Assembly (NCBI GenBank): GCA_963575745.1
Contig: CAUYUJ010000192.1
Span: 1-64,000, forward strand
Direction: 5' to 3'
Length of the DNA: 64,000 bases
Origin: Prorocentrum cordatum
Taxonomy: Eukaryota
This document shows positions 1 to 12,629 of this stretch, piece by piece (position 1 is the stretch's first letter; every line of letters begins with the position of its first letter). The position numbers and the translations under genes were made by a program. A model generated the notes under the pieces. The model was not told the origin of the DNA, did no database searches, and saw nothing but the letters and a program-made list of their open reading frames with translations.

Positions 1-3000
1 CGGCCGGGTAGTTGTTGGTTAGTACCAACAACTACCCGGCCATAATCCTTTGCAAAAAATATATTCTGGTGGGCAAGGGTGGGTAGTTGTTGCGCAAATA
101 ATAAGTCGAAGTGACTGCGGTGTTCGCCGCGCTACATCAAAGCGCATGCCCAGCGGGCGGCGGCGGGGTAGTTGGACAAATGCCCGCCATCATTCCTTGC
201 AACAGCCTTCCTTTGGGCGGCGGCGGCGCGAAAGCTCCCAGCCGCGCAAATTTCCATAACACTGGAACGTCTACCCGTGATTTTGCACGAACTCCTTCTC
301 CCTAGCTGTGCCGTGTCCGATTCAACGACCTACGCGGTCTTCCGCGTTGTCGACCTAGCGATTTGTTAACTGTGTGCGCTACCGCGGACGCCGAGAATCG
401 CGCGGAAGGTCTCAGACGCAAGAATCCCCATAACATTGGAACGTCTACCCGTGATTTTGCACGAACTCCTTCTCCCAAGCTGTGCCGTATCCGATTCAAC
501 GACCTAAACGGTCTTCCGCGTTGTCGACCTAGCGATTTGCTAACTGTTGCGCCCCCGCGGACGCCGAGAATCGCGCGAAAGCTCCCAGGCGCACAAACTT
601 CCATAACATTGGAACGTCTACCCGTGATCTTACACCAGGTGACTGTGGCGTCGATGGCTGAGGTGTCGACGGCGCAGACGACGACGCCGATGATTTATCT
701 GTCTCGTCCCCCCGAATCTGTTCAGTTCAGCGCCGCGCGACGAGGGGTGGGCGGCCGTCTGGGCGGCGGCAAGCTAGTCGCTAAACAAAGATTAATTCTC
801 CTGCCGAGCGGACGGACACGCGCTGCGCACTAGCGAAAGAAAACGGCTTAGAAGCCTATAAGCGAACAGCCCTCGTCAAACATATACTGACGGATTCTGT
901 TTTCGGTGATTGCATGGCCAGCGCTACTCCAATGCTGACGCTAGATATCTGACGTGGACGCAAGGGCCTCAAAAATCCGACGGCCCCTCCGCAGCATTGA
1001 AGAACGCAGTTTCAAACAAGTGCCCGAGAAGATCGATCGTCGTTATTGCCAATTGGGTTTATATATATATATATATATATATGTGACGAGGCTTGGCCGC
1101 TTTAAAATCAACGTTGGCCCCAGACAGTAGGTTCTTGCATTATCTTGGCACCATCTGCGCGGTGCAATGCACACCGCGCTAAACTGCCCCGCGCGGCGCC
1201 CAAGAAACTCGAGCGCGGCAGCCGCGGAAGACGCGCGGGGCCGGCGGCGGCGGCGCGGCCGACGGCGGGGGGGAGGCACCGATCTACTTGGTCCGATCAA
1301 GGAGATATACTTCTGGACCCCCCCGCGGCAACCTGGCAGCCGCCCCTGGACCCCCCCGCGGCAACCTGGGGGCCGTCCACTCGGCACGCGCTTTGATACA
1401 CCGTAGTCACTTCGATTTATTATTTGTACAACGACTACCCACCCTTGCCCACCAGAGTGTATTTTGTGCAAGGGATTGTGGCCGGGTAGTTGTTGGTACT
1501 AACCAACAACTACCCGGCCGCCGCCCACTCGGACTATATTTTTATATAGCACGGCGGTCACCGGCGTCACTTCGACATATTATTTGTACAACAACTACCC
1601 AACCATGTCCACCGGAGTGTATTTTTGGTCACGGATGATTGCCGGGTACTTGGCAAGTTGTATTTTTCTAAAAGAATAAGAAGGCCACCCTTTCCGTTTC
1701 TTTTAACATCTGCAACTTCCCAAGTACCCGGCAATCTTACGTGACAAGAAATACACTCCGGTGGACATGGGTGGGTAGTTGTTGTACAAATAATATGTCG
1801 AAGTGACGTCGGTGACCGCCGTGCTATATAAAAATGCAGACCGAGTGGGCGGCGGCCGGGTAGTTGTTGGTTAGTACCAACAACTACCCGGCCATAATCC
1901 TTTGCAAAAAATATATTCTGGTGGGCAAGGGTGGGTAGTTGTTGCACAAGTAATAAGTCGAAGTGACTGCGGTGTTCGCCGCGCTACATCAAAGCGCATG
2001 CCCAGCGGGCGGCGGCGGGGCAGTTGGACAAATGCCCGCCACCACTCCTCGCAACAGCCCTCCTTTGGGCGGCGGCGGCGCGAAAGCTCCCAGCCGCGCA
2101 AATTTCCATAACATTGGAGCGTCTACCCGTGATTTTGCACGAGCTCCTTCTCCCTAGCTGTGCCGTGTCCGATTCAACGACCTACGCGGTCTTCCGCGTT
2201 GTCGACCTAGCGATTTGCTAACTGTGTACGCTACCGCGGACGCCGAGAATCGCGCGGAAGGTCTCAGACGCAAGAATCCCCATAACATTGGAACGTCTAC
2301 CCGTGATTTTGCACGAGCTCCTTCTCCCAAGCTGTGCCGTATCCGATTCAACGACCTAAACGGTCTTCCGCGTTGTCGACCTAGCGATTTGCTAACTGTT
2401 GCGCCCCCGCGGACGCCGAGAATCGCGCGAAAGCTCCCAGACGCACAAATTTCCATAACATTGGAACGTCTACCCGTGATCTTACACCAGGTGACTGTGG
2501 CGTCGATGGCTGAGGTGTCGATGGCGCAGACGACGACGCCGATGATTTATCTGTCTCGTCCCCCCGAATCTGTTCAGTTCAGCGCCGCGCGACGAGGGGT
2601 GGGCGGCTGTCTGGGCGGCGGCAAGCCAGTCGCTAAACAAATATTAATTCTCCTGCCGAGCGGACGGACACGCGCTGCGCATTAGCGAAAGAAAACGGCT
2701 TAGAAGCTTATAAGCGAACAACCCTCGTCAAACATATACTGACGGATTCTGTTTTCGGTGATTGCATGGCCAGCGCTACTCCAATGCTGACGCTAGATAT
2801 CTGACGTGGACGCAAGGGCTCAAAAATCCGACGGCCCCTCCGCAGCATTGAAGAACGCAGTTTCAAACAAGTGCCCGAGATGATCGATCGTCGTGATTGC
2901 CAAGTGCGTTTCTTTTTTTTTGCGCCATCTGCGCGGCGCAATGCACGCCGCGCTAAACTGCCCCGCGCGGCACCCGAGAAACTCGAGCGCGGCAGCCGCG

Positions 3001-4721
3001 GAAGACGCGCGGGGCCGGCGGCGGCGGCGCGGCCGACGGCGGGGGGGAGGCACCGATCTACTTGGTCCGATCAAGGAGATATACTTCTGGACCCCCCCGC
3101 GGCAACCTGGCAGCCGCCCCTGGACCCCCCCGCGGCAACCTGGGGGCCGTCCATTCGGCACGCGCTTTGATACACCGTAGTCACTTCGACTTATTCTTTG
3201 TGCAACGACTACCCACCCTTGCCCACCAGAGTGTATTTTTTGCAAGGGATTGTGGCCGGGTAGTTGTTGGTACTAACCAACAACTACCCGGCCGCCGCCC
3301 ACTCGGATTGTATTTTTATATAGCACGGCGGTCACCGACGTCACTTCGACAAATTATTTGTACAACAACTACCCAACCATGTCCACCGGAGTGTATTTTT
3401 GGTCACGGATTATTGCCGGGTGCTTGGCAAGTTGTATTTTTCTAAAAGAATAAGAAGGCCACCCTTTCCGTTTCTTTTAACATCTGCAACTTCCCAAGTA
3501 CCCGGCAATCTTACGCGACAAGAAATACATTCCGGTGGACATGGGTGGGTAGTTGTTGTACAAATAATATGTCGAAGTGACGTCGGCGACCGCCGTGCTC
3601 TACAAAAATGCAATCCGAGTGGGCGGCGGCCGGTTAGTTGTTGGTTAGTACCAACAACTACCCGGCCATAATCCCTTGCAAAAAATACATTCTGGTGGGC
3701 AAGGGTGGGTAGTTGTTGCACGAATAATAAGTCGAAGTGGCTGCGGTGTTCGCCGCGCTACATCAAAGCGCATGCCCGGCGGGCGGCGGCGGGGTAGTTG
3801 GACAAATGCCCGCCATCATTCCTTGCAACAGCCTTCCTTTGGGCGGCGGCGGCGCGAAAGCTCCCAGCCGCGCAAATTTCCATAACATTGGAACGTCTAC
3901 CCGTGATTTTGCACGAACTCCTTCTCCCTAGCTGTGCCGTGTCCGATTCAACGACCTACGCGGTCTTCCGCGTTGTCGACCTAGCGATTTGCTAACTGTG
4001 TACGCCACCGCGGACGCCGAGAATCGCGCGGAAGGTCTCAGACGCAAGAATCCCCATAACATTGGAACGTCTACCCGTGATTTTGCACGAACTCCTTCTC
4101 ACACGCTGTGCCGTATCCGATTCAACGACCTAAACGGTCTTCCGCGTTGTCGACCTAGCGATTTGCTAACTGTTGCGCCCCCGCGGACGCCGAGAATCGC
4201 GCGAAAGCTCCCAGACGCACAAACTTCCATAACATTGGAACGTCTACCCGTGATCTTACACCAGGCGACTGTGGCGTCGACGGCTGAGGTGTCGATGGCG
4301 CAGACGACGACGCCGATGATTTATCTGTCTCGCCCCCCCGAATCTGTTCAGTTCAGCGCCGCGCGACGAGGGGTGGGCGGCTGTCTGGGCGGCGGCAGGC
4401 TAGTCGCTAAACGCAGACTAATTCCCCTGCCGAGCGGACGGACACGCGCTGCGCATTAGCGAAAGAAAACGGCTTAGAAGCGTATAAGCGAACAACCCTC
4501 GTCAAAAATATACTGACGGATTCTGTTTTCGGTGATTGTATGGTCAGCGCTACTCCAATGCTGACGCTAGATATCTGACGTGGACGCAAGGGCTTCAAAA
4601 ATCCGACGGCCCCTCCGCAGCATTGAAGAACGCAGTTTCAAACAAGTGCCCGAGAAGATCGATCGTCGTGATTGCCAAGTGCGTTTTTTTTTTTTTTTTT
4701 TTTTTTTTTTTGACGAGGCTT

Positions 4722-4722
<1 letters not shown>
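1..4722. repeat. Tandem repeat, ~1.8-kb unit, ~2.6 copies visible (runs off the left edge)
   Basis: Near-identical sequence recurs at 1, 1853 and ~3627 (ORF track repeats at 50/1902/3676; periods 1852 and 1774). Each unit has internal ~176-bp direct repeats and a long palindrome. Confidence 0.97.
1398..1975. repeat. Long imperfect palindrome (foldback) inside the 1.8-kb unit; second copy ~3172-3750
   Basis: Arm ~1398-1662 is the reverse complement of ~1711-1975. Both arms carry the nested hairpin CCGGGTAGTTGTTGGT-n-ACCAACAACTACCCGG. Confidence 0.93.
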
Positions 4723-4763
<41 letters not shown>

Positions 4764-4775
4764 AAAGTAGTAGTG

Positions 4776-4811
<36 letters not shown>

Positions 4812-4975
4812 CTAACAGCACACGTGATGGTAGTAAACGTAGTAGTAGCAGCAACAGTCGCAGTAGTACCCGTAGTAGCAGTACTAGTAGTAGTAGTAGT
4901 AGTAGTAGTAGTTCTAGTAGTTCTAGTAGTGGATGTAGTACTAGTGGTCGTCGCCGTAGTAGTAGTAGTAGTAGC

Positions 4976-5018
<43 letters not shown>

Positions 5019-5204
5019 ATGGTGGTAGTAGTAGTAGTAGTAGTTATAGTTCTAGTCGTAGTGGTAATAGTAATCGTAGTCGTAGTAGTACTCGTAGTCG
5101 TAGTAGTCGAAGTAGTCGTCGTAGTCGCAGTCGTAGTAGCAGTCGTAGTCGTAGGCGTATACGTAGTGGTTCTCGTACTCGTAATCGTAGCCGTAGTCGC
5201 AGTC

Positions 5205-5242
<38 letters not shown>

Positions 5243-5294
5243 CGTAGTAGTAGTAGTGGTAGTAGTAGTAGTCGTCGAAGTCGTAGTAGTAGGT

Positions 5295-5336
<42 letters not shown>

Positions 5337-5394
5337 CCAATATTAGTAGTAGTATTAGTAATACTAGTAGTGGTAGCAGTAGTAGTAGCAGTAG

Positions 5395-5438
<44 letters not shown>

Positions 5439-6035
5439 GTAGTCGTAGTCGTAGTGGTAGTAGTAGTAGTAGTAGTAGTAGTAGTAATAGTAGTAGTAGT
5501 AGTAGTCGTTGTAGTAGTGGTAGTAGTAGTAGTTGTTGTTGTTGTTGTAGTACTCGTAGTCGCAATCGCATTCGTAATTGCAGTAGTAGTAGTAGTAGTA
5601 GTCGTAGTCGTAGTCGTAGTCGTAGTCGTAGTCGTAGTCGTAGCCGCCATTTTCGTAGGTCGTAGTATTGGTAGTAGTGGTAGTAGCTGTAGTAGTAGTA
5701 GTAGTAGTAGTCGCAGACGTAATAGTAGTAGTAGTAGTAGTAGTCGTAGTCGTAGTAGTAGTAGTAGTAGTAGTAGCAGTAGTAGTCGTAGTAGTATCAG
5801 TAGTGGTCGTAGCAGTAGTAGTCGTAGTAGTAGTAGTAGTCGTCGTCGTAATCGTAGTAGTCGTAGTAGTCGTAGTAGAAGTAGTAGAAGTAGTAGAAGT
5901 AGTGGCAGTTGTAGTAGCAGTAGTCGTAGTAGTAGTCGTCGTAGTCGTAGTCGCAGTAGTAGTAGTAGTAGCAGTTGTAGTAGGAGTAGTAGTACGTGCA
6001 GTAGTAGTACCAGTAGTAATAGTAGTAGTGATAGC

Positions 6036-6066
<31 letters not shown>

Positions 6067-6126
6067 GTAGTAGTAGTGGTGGTAGCAGTGGTAGTAATAG
6101 TAGTAGTCGTAGTAGTAGTAGTAGTC

Positions 6127-6167
<41 letters not shown>

Positions 6168-6238
6168 CACTAGGACTAGAAGAAGTAGAAGTACTAGTAG
6201 CTGTAGTAGTAGTCGCAGTAGTAGTCGTAGTCGTAGTC

Positions 6239-6285
<47 letters not shown>
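4723..6285. repeat. Degenerate (AGT)n microsatellite
   Basis: Direct reading; preceded by a poly-T run at ~4684-4711. Confidence 0.99.
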
Positions 6286-6676
6286 CCCCCCCCCAAGGCT
6301 CTGGGGAGCCTGTGGGCGGGGGGGCTACTGCTGCCCTCCAACCGCGGGTGGCAGCCACCCTTCCTTTTCTTGTGCCCTCACCGTTGCGCGCACTCTTCTT
6401 TGCCCTGAAGGGGCGCCCTGGGATGGCGGCGGCCGCTGGCGGCGCCGCGCACGCAGGTGCAGGGGCTCGAGTGGCTGGGAGTAACGTCGCGGCGGCTCGA
6501 GGTGAAGGCGGTGCGCTGGCAGCCGCAGTAGGCGGCGGAGGTGCCGGGGCCGCCCCATGCGCCCCCGCTGCTGCACGCGCGTCGGCCGACGCAAACGCTG
6601 TAGACATCCCAGTGGACGGCACATCGACGTCCACATGCGGGACAGCGAGGGCCAGCCGGCACAGCGGCGGCGTCGC

Positions 6677-9600
6677 ATGACGGGAGGGCGGATCGCTCGC
6701 CGGCGCGTCAGCGCCCAGGCGACTCGCGGCAAGAAGGCCCACTGCACCCGCTGCATGGGAGGCGTCGAGGCGGGCGAATGGCGCGCGGCAGGCGCCGTGA
6801 CGCGCCCCGTGGGCTCCCAGGCTCACGCGGGCAAGAAGTGGTTCCACATGGCCTGCGTGGATGGCCCCCTACCACCAGCGACGGCGATGGTGGGCTTCAC
6901 GCAGCTCCCCGAGGGTGACAGGGAACGCCTCACGGCAGCCCTGGAGGCCCGAGGTGGCCCCATCTTGCCCCTGCTGGAAACGGTTGAAGGCCGGCCACCC
7001 ACTCCTCCCTCCCAGGGAGATGGCGCGGCAGGGGGCGCCGGGGCCGCCCCGAGGCTCCCTGCCGCCGCCGCGCCAGGGGCGTATGGCCCAGGCTCACGAG
7101 GGACCCCCCTTGTGGCAGCCGAGGCAGCGGCGCCGTCCACGGCGGGCATCTTGCAGCCGCCACTCGACGCCCCTGCGGATGCGGACGATGACGCGGGGTT
7201 TGAAGCAGGCGTCTACGACGACTACCTGGACGATCAGGTGACGGACGAGGACGCGTACCACGAGATTGGCTTTGTCAATCTGGATTGGTGGGATGCCATC
7301 GGGTGGGAACGCATCCTGCTACAGGGCGCGCCCGCCACGGCCATGATCCCCGACAGCATGGCTGCCGCCGTTAGCCACGCGAAGGTGCGGCTGTGCCTAG
7401 CGATCGAGCAGGCCCGCCAGGGCAACGATGATCAGGCGTCGCGCACGCTGACGCGGCTGTGGAAGGTGTTCTTATCGTTGGATGGGCTGCTGTTCAGTGA
7501 AAATGCGACCCCGACCCCGACGACGCGGCGAGAGCGTCTTCAGGAGCGTTTGCAGTGGATTCAGGACGGCCAATGGGATGTCGCCCGGCTCTCCATGGAG
7601 GACCAGACGCGCACCTCGGTCACCACGAAGGGCCGCGAGGACCACGTCGCGGCCCGCGTTCGCCGTGCCACCGAGCTTGCACGAGCTGGCGAGATGTTTC
7701 GGGCGGCAGCGGCAGTGTGGCCCCAGGGTGACATGGCGGAAGCAGCGGCGGTGGTGGGGAAGTTCAGCGCCACCCAGCAGCCTGCGGCGCCTCGCCCAGG
7801 CGAGTGGGGCCCTCCCCCTGGCACTGACCGGGGGGGGGCCACAGTGGCGGGGGCCGATGTGGCGATGCCGCCAGCCACGCCCCCTCACGAGCTCAACGGC
7901 GCGGCAGAGCTCCACCACCGTGTGGCCAACCACCTCGAGCGTCAGTTTGGCCGCTTCCCCCGCCGCGGCGGGGCGGGGCCTGGAGGGGGGCGCTACGAGC
8001 ACTGGGCCCCGCTCAAGCACGACGGGGACGGGGCGGAGGCGGTGGCCAACACGCTAGCGCGCTTGGCCATCGGCGACCTTTCTCCCGAGGCTCTAGCCGC
8101 CCTGATGGCGGCGCGCCTCGCAGGCTTCCCCATGGCAACCCCTGGGGACGTGCGAGTCCTGGGCTGCGGGAATGTCACCCGCCGTATGGTGGGCCGCAGC
8201 GCTGCCAAGGTCCACCACAAGGACATGCGGGCGGCGGTGGGGGACCAACAGTTTGGCCTGGCCAAGGACGGATGTGGTGCCCTCCGCCGACGTCTCTGCA
8301 CGATGGCCAACTCGAGCCCAGGCAAGTGGGTGGTGGCGATGGACCTTGGGGATGCGTTCAGCAACATCCCCCGCGACCTCGTGAAGGAGGCCGTGCGCTC
8401 CAAGGTGCCCGCTCTGGCGCCGCTGGCGGAGGCCTGGCTCCCTGCTCGCACGCGCCATGAGGCGGGGGGTGGGTCCCAACCTGCCCAGCTGGTCGACCAG
8501 ATCCGCGGCCTCGACCAGGGCTGCCCGATGAGCCCAGGCTTTTACGCGGTCGGCACCGCGGATGTTCTCAGCATCGGTCGCATGGCCGTGCGTGCGGTGG
8601 ACGTCGAGGGGGATTGCCTGGCGTTCTTGGACGACACGTACTTCGTGGGCACCGCGGCCGCTGTGTTCCGCGGCTTGGATGCCTGGCGAGCCCGCATCGA
8701 AGCCCACGGGATGAAGCTGAAGATGTCCAAGACCCAGATCTGGTCCCCAGATCCCCACGCTGTCCCGCCGCCGGAGTTTGCAGAGTGCGCCCAGTACCGC
8801 GTCCAGAAGCTCAAGGCGGTGGGGTCTACCCTGGCCTGCGCAAACCACGACGTGGACGCCGACTGGAGGGGCGTCCCCCTCGCGGACTTTGCCGCCCCGG
8901 AGGACCTCGACGAGGGTGGCCTCGCGCCGGCTGGCGGTGCCGGGGCCGCCCCGGGCGCCGCCGCGCCACTCCCTTGCGGCGAGGCCTTCCTCCAGAAGCA
9001 GGACCGCTACTTCCGAGAGCTCCTGGCGCTCCGCACGCATGGGCTGTCGGCCTTTGACGCTTCCCAGTTGATGCGGATCTGGTCGAGGGGCGCCAGCGCC
9101 CACATCCAGCGGGCGCTCCCGCTCGCGGCGGCGTGGGGCCGCAGGGTGGACGACGGAGTGGTCGCCTTCGTCAACGCCCTTCTGGGGGTCACGGCTGCCC
9201 CCCGAGAGCAGATCTTCAGGAAGGTCAGCGACGGAGGTCTGGGCTGTGGCAGCGCCGAACAGCGCGGCCCCGCTGCCCTCCTGGCGTCCTGGGAAGCTGG
9301 GATCCACGCGGCTGCCCAGGAGCTCCGAGAGACGACAACGATCGGCTTCTTTCGGCGGTGGCCGGGCCTCGGCCTTGCCCTCTCGGCAGCGGACGAGGGG
9401 CAGGGGCGGCTGTCAGGAGGCCGTCGCCCCCAGAGTGACCGTTCGCAGGGCCTTCTGGTAGGGCGGAGGGGCAAGGGCCAGAAGACGTACACCCAGCACG
9501 TACGGGGCCACGCCACCAAGACGTTCTTGGCCGCGCTGCCGGCGACGGCGGCGGCGGCGGTGCATAGTGCCTCGGGCAGCTCAGCGGGCGCCTGGTTGGA

Positions 9601-10311
9601 TAACTTCGAGGGGGTTCGCCCCTCGCCGACCACGCGTTCTGCATTGCGGCCAAGAGGCGCATGCGTCTGCCGCTGCTGCAGTCCGAGTGCACGTGCCAGA
9701 ACCGACCGGCAGCGCCCACTCGCGCGACGGCGCAGGCCGGCCCGGCGCGTGGCCGCACGGTGGAAGTCCGTGGCGTTCATGCGCTCACTTGTCCCAGGGG
9801 AGGTGGCCCGGTGCGCCGCCACAACGCCATCCGAGATGCCGTGGCGCTCTGGTTGCGCGGTGTGGGCCACCGCGCCCTAGTGGAGCAGGTCATCCCAGAG
9901 TGGCGCACGGAAGAACAGGGCGCGGCCACACTGGACGTCGTTTACCATCGAGGCATCCATGGCCGAGTATGTCTCGACATCAGCTTGGTGGACGAGGTGG
10001 CCGTGGCCCAGACGGGACGGCCGCATCAGGCACCCCTGCGGCGCAGAGAGAAAGTGAAGCACCGTAGGTACCCATTTTCTGGCCTGGTGCCCTTTGTTCT
10101 CGATGTCAATGGCCGCTGGGGTGCAGAGGCGGAGACGTGGCTGCGCCGTGCCGCGGGGGAATTGCCCGAGGCCAAACGGCCCGCAGCGCGCTCATCCCTG
10201 CGCTCGGCAGTGGCCAACGCCCTGCAGGGCCAAATCGCTGAGCAGGTCGCCCTGGCGACGGAGGACGTAGTCGGGCTGGATTCCGGGGCAGCCCCGAGCG
10301 TCCGGTCTTGA
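6677..10311 (+). CDS. Non-LTR retrotransposon polyprotein (CRE-like, RLE type): PARP-type Zn finger, reverse transcriptase, CCHC knuckle, restriction-like endonuclease; one frameshift at ~9619-9622
   Basis: RT motifs: GPGGGRYEHW, VRVLGCGNVTRR, QFG, MDLGDAFSNIPR, GLDQGCPMSP, AFLDD, KLKMSKTQIW, GGLG. Adding one C to CCCC (9619-9622) joins ORF 6557..9880 to 9661..10311, which has C..HALTC..RRHNAIRD, LDVV..LDIS, REKVKHRRY and PFVLDVNGRWG. Start codon uncertain (6557, 6635 or 6677). Confidence 0.92.
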
Positions 10312-11020
10312 CTAGATGTGGCTCCCTCCCATATGCGTGCGTCCCCTGACCCTCCCCTTCCCCCTCGCCTTCCTGCTGCCCTGATCAGTCGTAAAAAGTT
10401 GGTCACATCAGCAGTGTGCACGATACTGTTCAGTTCCCTTGTAGTGTGCATGATGCGCTCTTGCTTTGTCATGTCTGTCCTACACGCCGCGTCGTGCAGC
10501 TACCCTGCCTTGTGCGCGCCGTGCTCCCGCCATGCCATATTCGTTGTGTTCTTAGTCTTAGTCTTGGGCTGCTCTCTCAACCCACCCGTGCTGGGCCTTC
10601 AGGCCGCCAGCAGCACCTGCTCGAGACCACTTGTTAAAGAGGCGTCAAGAGGCGTTCAAGATCGGGGTCGCCCCGCTGGTCCTGGGACCGTCTGCGGCCC
10701 GCCGTCCGCTTTGTCGCCCGCCCGCGACGTTGGTTTCCTTGCCCCCCTTTCCCCTCTCCTGCCCGCCCATGGTCCCGAACGGGGGTCAGGCCGTTTTCCG
10801 CCTGCACAAGGATCGGTTCCCACGCACCTGGAGCCGTTGGTTTCAGCCTTTAGTCTTCATGTTTTACCTCTGCCCCGCCTTGGCAGTCGGCCGCCCCATT
10901 TTGGTTCGGTGTACAGCTTCTCCCCCGCCCCTCTCTTCCTCGGCAGCTGTTTGGCTCGTGAGGTCTCATCTCGCGCGATCTCTTGAGCTGCATCTCCCGT
11001 GCCATCCTTCCGACCAAGCG

Positions 11021-12629
11021 ATGGCGCCCAAGTTCTCGAAGCCCGCGCCGATGCCGTGGCCTGCTGTGACGCGCGCCGACTTGCCCAGTCACGATGCGGC
11101 GCCTCTTCGCGAGGCGTTGGCGGCGAAGGCTAAGGCGAAGGCTGAGGCACGCGCGGAGGCCAGCAGTGCGACCGCGGCCGATGCGCCCACTTCCAAAGCG
11201 GGGCCTGCGCAGCGCCCTGGCCAGCAGGTGAGCGCGTCGGAGAGCGAAGATGTCTCGGACGATGGGGTTCGACGTGATGTCTGAGGCGGCGACCTTTCGG
11301 ACGGCGCCGACACTGCCCACGGGGTCAGCGACGCCTGCCGAGGGCGCCGACGGAGGCAGCGGTACGGGGGCCGCCCCCAGTGCCGCTGCCTCCGAAGGTG
11401 CTTCGGACGGAGGCCCCACGGCGGCGGCCGAGGCACCTGCTGAGGCCTCCGCGATGCCCACGTCGGCGGTGGCGCCAGTGACGAGGGCTGCCCTGGCAGC
11501 GGCAGCCACCTACTCCAACTTCACCACGGAGCAGCGCCGCGGGTTGGACGCGATCACCCTCGCGCTCCACAACCTCCAGCTGCGGGAACAGGCCGTGGGC
11601 GGCCGCGGCGGCCGAGGTGCGCGCAGCGACGCCGATGGCGGCCGCTCCGTGGACGATGAGACCGCCAGTGAGGCCCCGAGTGCAGCGACCACGGGCGCCC
11701 TCAGCGGTCATGGAGGCGAACGCCACCGCCGACGCAGCAACAGGGCCGCCTACGGCCAGGCCCCCCCGCCGAGCGGCGGCACACCTGCCGCGCTCGAGGA
11801 CGCCGAGATGATGGCGGACGAGGACTACCCCGAGGCCGGCTACGTCCACTGCATGGGTGCGTACTGGGTCCCGCCGCAGCGCCTGGGCTGGTGTCGGGTG
11901 TGCACAGAGCTGGACGACTGGAAGATCATGATGGTGGAGTACGTGGACGAGCTCAGTTGTGATGAGATGCGCCGCTACGCTGAGGCTTCAGGGCGCAACC
12001 AGAAATGCCCCGATCTGCGGAAGGGTGATCAGGGCCAATGCAAGCTATACACGTGCTCGCGCTGCGTGGCGGCGGCGCAGAACATCACCGAGCACGAGGC
12101 CGTGACGCGCGCAGCGCGCCTGAACAAGGGCGCAGGCTCCATCGACCACGCCGCCAAGCGAGTGGCGAAGTTCCGTGCGAGCTTCGACCACATCAAGGAG
12201 GGCATGGACGTGCTGGTAGGGTTCGCGCTCTCCGAGGAAGGCTTGCTTGCCCTGCGGAGGTCAACGGAGGGCGCAGGGGTGGGCGTCGATCCCGAGTGCA
12301 CGGGCGCCCCCCCAGCCACGGAAACGGTGGCGGAGGAGGTCGGTCGCCCGATGGCGATGGCGGTGGGGGTGGTGCCGGGGCCGCCCCGCGCGCCACTTCC
12401 ACCCCTCGAGGATGGACCTGGCCCCGCAGGCCCTCCCCGTGGCGATGAGAGCGACCCCCCGCCCGACAACGATGCTGAGGACCAGGAGCACCAGCTGACC
12501 GACGTCGAGACCGTGGAGGAGGTCACGGATATCGAGCCCCTGCTGCGGCTCGGCCTCTCCAAGAAATCGCTGAAGCGCATGGCGCGGGCCCGTGGCGTTC
12601 TCGAGTTCGAGACCATGCGCGCCCGCATG
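11021..12629 (+). pseudogene. 5' part of a Cys-rich (multi-CxxC) protein gene interrupted by the DNA transposon
   Basis: Starts MAPK at 11021. A one-base shift in GGGG (11264-11267) joins it to ORF 11250..12704, which has WCRVC and YTCSRC. Coding character stops abruptly at the left TIR. Confidence 0.75.

Noticed and set aside
50..4459. Repeated ORFs in the 1.8-kb unit; possible rRNA/snRNA array
   Set aside because: ORFs overlap in all frames with no motifs, and I recognised no 5S, SL, snRNA or rRNA sequence.
6320..6362. HDV-like ribozyme at the retroelement 5' end
   Set aside because: A hairpin CTGCTGCCC/GGGTGGCAG is present, but I could not build the P1, P1.1, P2 and P4 pseudoknot by eye; needs a covariance-model search.
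4536..6408. Long poly-Val/Ser/Thr/Leu ORFs (also 28.7-32.5 kb)
   Set aside because: Translations of (AGT)n microsatellite.
10890..10962. Weak SL-like motifs upstream of the MAPK start at 11021
   Set aside because: CCCATTTTGGTTC and GCTGTTTGGCTC are too degenerate to call individually.
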